Assembly: GCA_965218355.1 (NCBI GenBank)
Contig: CBDCKV010000008.1
Span: 50,634-114,633, forward strand
Direction of reading: 5' to 3'
Source: Flavobacteriaceae bacterium
GTDB lineage: Bacteria > Bacteroidota > Bacteroidia > Flavobacteriales > Flavobacteriaceae
DNA: 64,000 nt
Below are positions 59,382 through 64,000 of this stretch, piece after piece. A program made the position numbers and the translations under genes. The notes under the pieces are model-generated. The model was not told the DNA's origin. It did not search any database and saw only the letters and a list, made by a program, of their open reading frames with translations. Numbering within the stretch: the stretch's first letter is position 1; the number at the start of each line of letters is the position of its first letter.

Positions 59382-59756
59382 TTACTCAAATAATGACTTG
59401 AATCTTTCCCAGTTTCCATAAATAAGGAATAGATTTAATGCAGCTACCAGAGCAGCTCCAGCAATGCCTGCAGGGTCAAACATTAGATGAAAAGCGACAA
59501 TGTTTATAGAAACAGGCACGAGCATTACCAATGCAAATGGCATCGCTTTATTGAGGAGTAAACAGACCCCTGCGAGTAAATATACAATACCTAGTATTGG
59601 AAAAATATAACCGCTATTTGTTAAGGCCTCCATAAAAGTCATTGCTTCTTCAGACAAAGGAGGCATGGGCATAAAATGAAGAAATTTATTGGCTCCAAAA
59701 ACCAATAAGAGAATTCCTAAAAAAGAACGAAGTACTTTTGTTACAGTTGCATTCAT
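59382..59756 (-). CDS. DoxX-like membrane protein
   Basis: R..LG....FG.NKF, NIVAFH; four TM segments. Confidence 0.75.
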   Translation of the reverse strand: MNATVTKVLRSFLGILLLVFGANKFLHFMPMPPLSEEAMTFMEALTNSGYIFPILGIVYLLAGVCLLLNKAMPFALVMLVPVSINIVAFHLMFDPAGIAGAALVAALNLFLIYGNWERFKSLFE

Positions 59757-59881
59757 ACGTTTAAAATTTTAGTTTAAAATTAGTTAAATTAGGTTCAAGG
59801 TAGTAAAAAAGAACCAAACCTTTTTTTCTTGTAATAATAGTCGGTATTTTTCGTCTAAGATTACATAACACAGATATAAAC

Positions 59882-60241
59882 ATGACAGAAAACATTACAA
59901 AGAAAGATTTTTTAGAAAAAGTATTTGATTTTGAAACCAACAAAGAGTGGGATTTTAAAGGAAAGGTTCCTGTAATTATTGATTTTTATGCAGATTGGTG
60001 TGGGCCTTGTAAAACCATTGCCCCTATACTAGAGCAGTTAAGTGAAGAATACGGAGACCAGTTGACTATCTACAAAGTAGATACAGAGGCAGAACAAGAA
60101 TTATCGGCTGCCTTTGGCATCAGAAGTATTCCGTCTATGTTGTTTTGCCCACTAGGCGAAGCGCCTCAAATGGCAAATGGTGCCTTGCCAAAGGGGGAGC
60201 TAGAAAACATCATAAAAGATGTTTTAAAGGTTACAAAATAA
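59882..60241 (+). CDS. trxA: Thioredoxin
   Basis: DFYADWCGPCK, IRSIP. Confidence 0.9.
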   Translation: MTENITKKDFLEKVFDFETNKEWDFKGKVPVIIDFYADWCGPCKTIAPILEQLSEEYGDQLTIYKVDTEAEQELSAAFGIRSIPSMLFCPLGEAPQMANGALPKGELENIIKDVLKVTK

Positions 60242-60259
60242 AGAAGAGTTACCTGTAAT

Positions 60260-60287
60260 AAAAAAACCGCCCTAGGGCGGTTTTTTT
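60260..60287. terminator. Bidirectional terminator (perfect 28-bp palindrome)
   Basis: AAAAAAACCGCCCTAGGGCGGTTTTTTT between convergent trx and asd. Confidence 0.88.
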
Positions 60288-60306
60288 ATACGCTATTTTG
60301 AGTTTT

Positions 60307-61302
60307 TTAAGACAAAATCAACTTATTTTCAACAAGGTATTCTGCTATTTGAACAGCATTGGTGGCTGCTCCTTTTCTTAAATTGTCTGAAACAATCCAC
60401 ATGTTTACGGTATTTTCTTGTGAGGCATCTCGTCGAATTCGGCCCACAAAAACGGCATCTTTCCCCGCTGCATAAATAGGCATTGGATAGGTGTTTGTTG
60501 TAGGGTCGTCTTGTACGGTAATTCCTTCTGTGCCGTGTAAAATTGCACGTAAATCTTCTAAAGAATACTCGTTTTCAAATGCAATATTTACACTTTCACT
60601 ATGTCCGCCAACAACAGGAATACGAACAGCTGTTGCAGTGATTGCAATGGTGCTGTCGTTCAATATTTTTTGTGGTTCGCGAATCAGTTTGAGTTCTTCT
60701 TTGGTGTATCCACTCGCCTCAAAGTCATCGCAATGTGGTAAGGCATTTTTATGAATAGGGTGTGGGTAAGCAGTTTCACCTAAAACTCCTTTTGATTCAT
60801 TTTCTAGTTGCTGTACTGCTTTTACACCAGTGCCTGTAATAGATTGGTAAGTAGAAACAACCAACCTCTTTATGGTATATTTTTGATGTAATGGTGCCAT
60901 TACAAGAACCAACTGAATGGTAGAGCAATTGGGGTTGGCAATAATAAAGTCGTCTTTGGTTAAGGTATCTGCATTGATTTCTGGGACAATTAATTTATGG
61001 TCTGGATGCATTCTCCAGGCAGAAGAATTGTCGATAACCTTGGTGCCTACGGCAGCAAATTTTGGCGCCCATGCTAAAGAAGTCTCTCCGCCGGCAGAAA
61101 AAATAGCAATATCTGGAGTCATCGCAATGGATTCCTGCATACCCACAAGCGTATGTTCTGTTCCTTTATACGTAATTTTTTTACCCACAGATCGCTCAGA
61201 AGCGACGAGAATAAGTTTGCTAATTGGAAAATTTCGCTCTTCTAAAACTTGTAATAAAATGGTGCCTACCATACCGGTAGCACCTACAATTGCAACTTTC
61301 AT
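60307..61302 (-). CDS. asd: Aspartate-semialdehyde dehydrogenase
   Basis: VGATGMVG, IDNSSAWR, ANPNCST, DNLRKGAATNAVQIAE; start moved to ATG 61302. Confidence 0.96.
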   Translation of the reverse strand: MKVAIVGATGMVGTILLQVLEERNFPISKLILVASERSVGKKITYKGTEHTLVGMQESIAMTPDIAIFSAGGETSLAWAPKFAAVGTKVIDNSSAWRMHPDHKLIVPEINADTLTKDDFIIANPNCSTIQLVLVMAPLHQKYTIKRLVVSTYQSITGTGVKAVQQLENESKGVLGETAYPHPIHKNALPHCDDFEASGYTKEELKLIREPQKILNDSTIAITATAVRIPVVGGHSESVNIAFENEYSLEDLRAILHGTEGITVQDDPTTNTYPMPIYAAGKDAVFVGRIRRDASQENTVNMWIVSDNLRKGAATNAVQIAEYLVENKLILS

Positions 61303-61514
61303 ATTTCCTTTTTTAGAGCGATTTTTCGTTAGAAAAGAACGCCTTTTTATAAAATTTATTTGGATTGAATTCAATGCAAAGGTTAAAAAAAAAAGATATA
61401 ACAGCTCTCTTTTGAGAAAGTTTTTTTGAACAACAGAAACGTATAAAAATTGTATCTTTGCCTCGATTTAAGAATTGAAATCACCTACATATTGTCTAAC
61501 TAAAAAAGTATAGC

Positions 61515-62546
61515 ATGCAACTGTACAATAAGTTAAGCGCAGTAGAACGCGCTGCATTAATCGATGAAGCCGGAAAAGACCGGTTGACTATTTCTTTCTA
61601 TCAATATTTCAAGATAGCAGACCCCTCCCTTTTTAGAGATCAATTATTTGTTGAATGGAACGCTTTAGATGTCTTAGGTAGGACCTATGTTTCTTACGAA
61701 GGAATCAACGCACAAATTTCTGTTCCTGCGGAAAATTTTCTTGCATTAAAAGAGCAATTAGATGCCATTTCTTTCTTAAAAGACATTCGGTTGAATGTAG
61801 CGGTAGAACAGAACAACAAATCATTTTTAAAATTAAAAGTAAAAGTGCGCGACAAAATTGTTGCAGACGGATTGAACGATGAAACCTTTGATGCAACCAA
61901 TAAAGGAGTGCATTTGAATGCGAAAGATTTCAATACAATGCTGGCAAACCCAAACACAGTTTGTGTAGATATGCGCAACCATTACGAAAGTGAAATAGGG
62001 CATTTTGAAGGTGCTATTACTCCAGATGTAGATACGTTTAGAGATTCTTTAGACATTATAGAAAAAGACCTTGAAGACAATAAAGAAGATAAAAATTTAT
62101 TGATGTATTGTACAGGCGGAATCCGTTGCGAAAAAGCAAGTGCTTATTACAAACACAAAGGATTTAAAAATGTCTTCCAGTTGGAAGGAGGGATTATAGA
62201 ATATACCCGTCAAGTAAAAAACGAGGGAATTGAAAATAAATTTATTGGTAAAAATTTTGTTTTTGACCACCGAAGAGCAGAGAAAATCTCTGAAGATGTG
62301 ATTGCACATTGCCACCAATGTGGAACCTCTTGCGACACACATGTAAATTGCGAAAACCAAGCGTGTCATTTGTTATTTATTCAATGTCCGATCTGTTCAG
62401 AAAAAACTGAAACCACCTGTTCTTCAGCGTGTCAAGACGTTATTCAGCTCTCTTTTGAAGCGCAAAAAGAATTGCGAAAAGGCACAAAAAACAGCAACAA
62501 AATCTTTAAAAAAGGCCGTTCCGAAGTCTTGAAATATAAGAAGTAA
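61515..62546 (+). CDS. trhO: tRNA uridine(34) hydroxylase, rhodanese-type (YceA)
   Basis: EGINAQ, DMRNHYESEIGHF, YCTGGIRCEKA, LEGGI; TATCTTTG -7 element at 61453-61460. Confidence 0.92.
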   Translation: MQLYNKLSAVERAALIDEAGKDRLTISFYQYFKIADPSLFRDQLFVEWNALDVLGRTYVSYEGINAQISVPAENFLALKEQLDAISFLKDIRLNVAVEQNNKSFLKLKVKVRDKIVADGLNDETFDATNKGVHLNAKDFNTMLANPNTVCVDMRNHYESEIGHFEGAITPDVDTFRDSLDIIEKDLEDNKEDKNLLMYCTGGIRCEKASAYYKHKGFKNVFQLEGGIIEYTRQVKNEGIENKFIGKNFVFDHRRAEKISEDVIAHCHQCGTSCDTHVNCENQACHLLFIQCPICSEKTETTCSSACQDVIQLSFEAQKELRKGTKNSNKIFKKGRSEVLKYKK

Positions 62547-62547
62547 G

Positions 62548-63798
62548 ATGCAAAAAATTGAATTGATGGCCCCTGCAGGAAATTTCGAATCCTTGCAGGC
62601 AGCTTTAGACAATGGTTGTGACTCCGTTTATTTCGGTGTAGAACAATTAAATATGCGAGCCAGAGCTTCGGTGAATTTCACCTTAGATGATTTAGAAGAA
62701 ATAGCAACAAGATGTAGTGCTAAAAACGTGCGAACGTATCTCACGTTAAACACCATTGTGTATGACCATGATTTATCCATTGTAAAAACACTTTTGAAAA
62801 GAGCGAAAGAAAGCTGTATTTCTGCTGTCATTTGTATGGATCAAGCTGTTATTTCTATGGCCAGAGAAATAGGAATGGAAGTACACATTTCTACACAAAT
62901 AAACATCACCAATATAGAAACTGTAAAGTTTTATGCCTTGTTTGCAGATACGGTGGTTTTGAGTCGAGAACTGAGCTTGCGTCAGGTGAAAAAGATTACA
63001 GATCAAATAACTGCAAATCAAATAAAAGGCCCTGCCGGTCGTTTACTTGAGATAGAAATTTTTGGACATGGAGCCTTGTGTGTGGCAGTGTCTGGAAAAT
63101 GTTATATGAGTTTGCATTCGCACAATTCATCGGCAAACAGAGGTGCTTGTAAGCAAAATTGCAGGAAAAAATATACGGTGATAGATCAAGAAACAGGTTT
63201 CGAAATGGAGTTAGACAATGAGTATATCATGTCTCCAAAAGACCTATGTACTATTGATTTTTTAGACCAAGTTGCTGCTGCAGGAATCAAAGTTTTAAAG
63301 ATTGAAGGCAGAGGTCGCGCACCAGAATACGTTGCCAAAGTGATTCAATGCTATCGAGAAGCAATTGATGACATTGCAAACAACACTTATTCAAAAGAAA
63401 AAGTAATTGACTGGATGCAAACGCTTGAAAAAGTATACAATAGAGGTTTTTGGAACGGCTATTATTTAGGTCAAAAACTAGGAGAATGGAGTAAAGAGGC
63501 AGGATCTCATGCAACTCAAAAGAAGGTTTATGTAGGGAAAGGAGTGCATTATTTTCAAAAAGCAGCAATAGGCGAATTTAAGATTGAAGCCTACGATATA
63601 GCAGTTGGAGACACCTTGTTAGTTACGGGCCCTACTACCGGTGCACAGGAAATGGTATTAAAAAGCATGTTTGTAGATGATGTTGCTACTCAAAAAGCGT
63701 CCAAAGGAGATGAGGTAACGTTTCCGTTAGATTTTAGAATACGAACATCAGACAAGTTGTATAAAATTGTAAAAACAGCATTTGCAAAAGAAGAATGA
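62548..63798 (+). CDS. Peptidase U32 family Fe-S protein (TrhP/RlhA-like hydroxylation protein)
   Basis: ELMAPAG, HISTQ, LSREL, HGALC-x6-C-x15-C-x3-C, KIEGR. Confidence 0.9.
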   Translation: MQKIELMAPAGNFESLQAALDNGCDSVYFGVEQLNMRARASVNFTLDDLEEIATRCSAKNVRTYLTLNTIVYDHDLSIVKTLLKRAKESCISAVICMDQAVISMAREIGMEVHISTQINITNIETVKFYALFADTVVLSRELSLRQVKKITDQITANQIKGPAGRLLEIEIFGHGALCVAVSGKCYMSLHSHNSSANRGACKQNCRKKYTVIDQETGFEMELDNEYIMSPKDLCTIDFLDQVAAAGIKVLKIEGRGRAPEYVAKVIQCYREAIDDIANNTYSKEKVIDWMQTLEKVYNRGFWNGYYLGQKLGEWSKEAGSHATQKKVYVGKGVHYFQKAAIGEFKIEAYDIAVGDTLLVTGPTTGAQEMVLKSMFVDDVATQKASKGDEVTFPLDFRIRTSDKLYKIVKTAFAKEE

Positions 63799-64000
63799 TT
63801 GTTATTACCCTACAAAGAAATAAATGTATTGGCTGTAACTACTGTGTAGAGCTAGCGCCAGGGCAATTTCAAATGTCAAAAAAAGACGGAAAATCAGTCT
63901 TGTTACACGCGACAGAAAAGAAAGGGTTTTTTACAGTAAAATCATATGACGAATCGATTTTATATTCGTCAAATGAAGCCAAAAAAGCATGTCCGGTAAA
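63795..64000 (+). CDS. Small ferredoxin (partial; missing from ORF track)
   Basis: ATGA overlap with the U32 stop; MIVITLQRNKCIGCNYCVELAP...AKKACPV (CxxCxxC...CP). Confidence 0.88.
   Translation, partial: MIVITLQRNKCIGCNYCVELAPGQFQMSKKDGKSVLLHATEKKGFFTVKSYDESILYSSNEAKKACPV

Noticed and set aside
59760-59793. Degenerate tandem repeat TTAAAATT(TT)AG x3
   Set aside because: Low-complexity AT-rich 5' UTR typical of Bacteroidota; not CRISPR or iteron-like
1-64000. CRISPR arrays, rRNA/tRNA genes, prophage, IS elements and remaining antisense ORFs
   Set aside because: No repeat-spacer periodicity, structural RNA signatures or phage/transposase motifs seen; the other short ORFs overlap well-supported genes

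Overview
AT-rich chromosomal segment of a Bacteroidota (Flavobacteriaceae-like) bacterium, inferred from TAnnTTTG -7 promoter elements, PorZ/T9SS cargo and typical flavobacterial genes. It is mostly housekeeping: gltX (partial), ybeY, mnmG, holB, pgk, trpS, plsC, porZ-recO-TonB receptor, tesB, glutaryl-CoA-type dehydrogenase, rnpA, an rmlBAC surface-polysaccharide cluster, purD, a PhoR/PhoP-type pair, ABC ATPases, an EnvC-like protein, dprA, hflX, prolyl oligopeptidase, thioredoxin, asd and trhO-U32-ferredoxin. Highlights not evident from the ORF track: (1) two parS sites bracketing mnmG, suggesting an origin-proximal location; (2) a ~3 kb decaying defence islet (11.4-14.3 kb) with an AbiEi-type antitoxin and its twin inverted-repeat operator, an AbiEii toxin split by one in-frame TAA, a putative type I HsdR N-terminus fused in frame to an RDD gene, and a frame-disrupted PD-(D/E)XK-like gene; (3) a stand-alone 58-aa, 7-Cys mini-protein with a FhuF-like CC-x9-C-x2-C motif, its own promoter, a Fur-like palindrome and a terminator; (4) several apparently leaderless promoters; (5) trhO clustered with a U32 protein and a ferredoxin. 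No rRNA, tRNA, CRISPR array, integrase or transposase was recognised. All family assignments come from motif recognition by eye; no searches were run.
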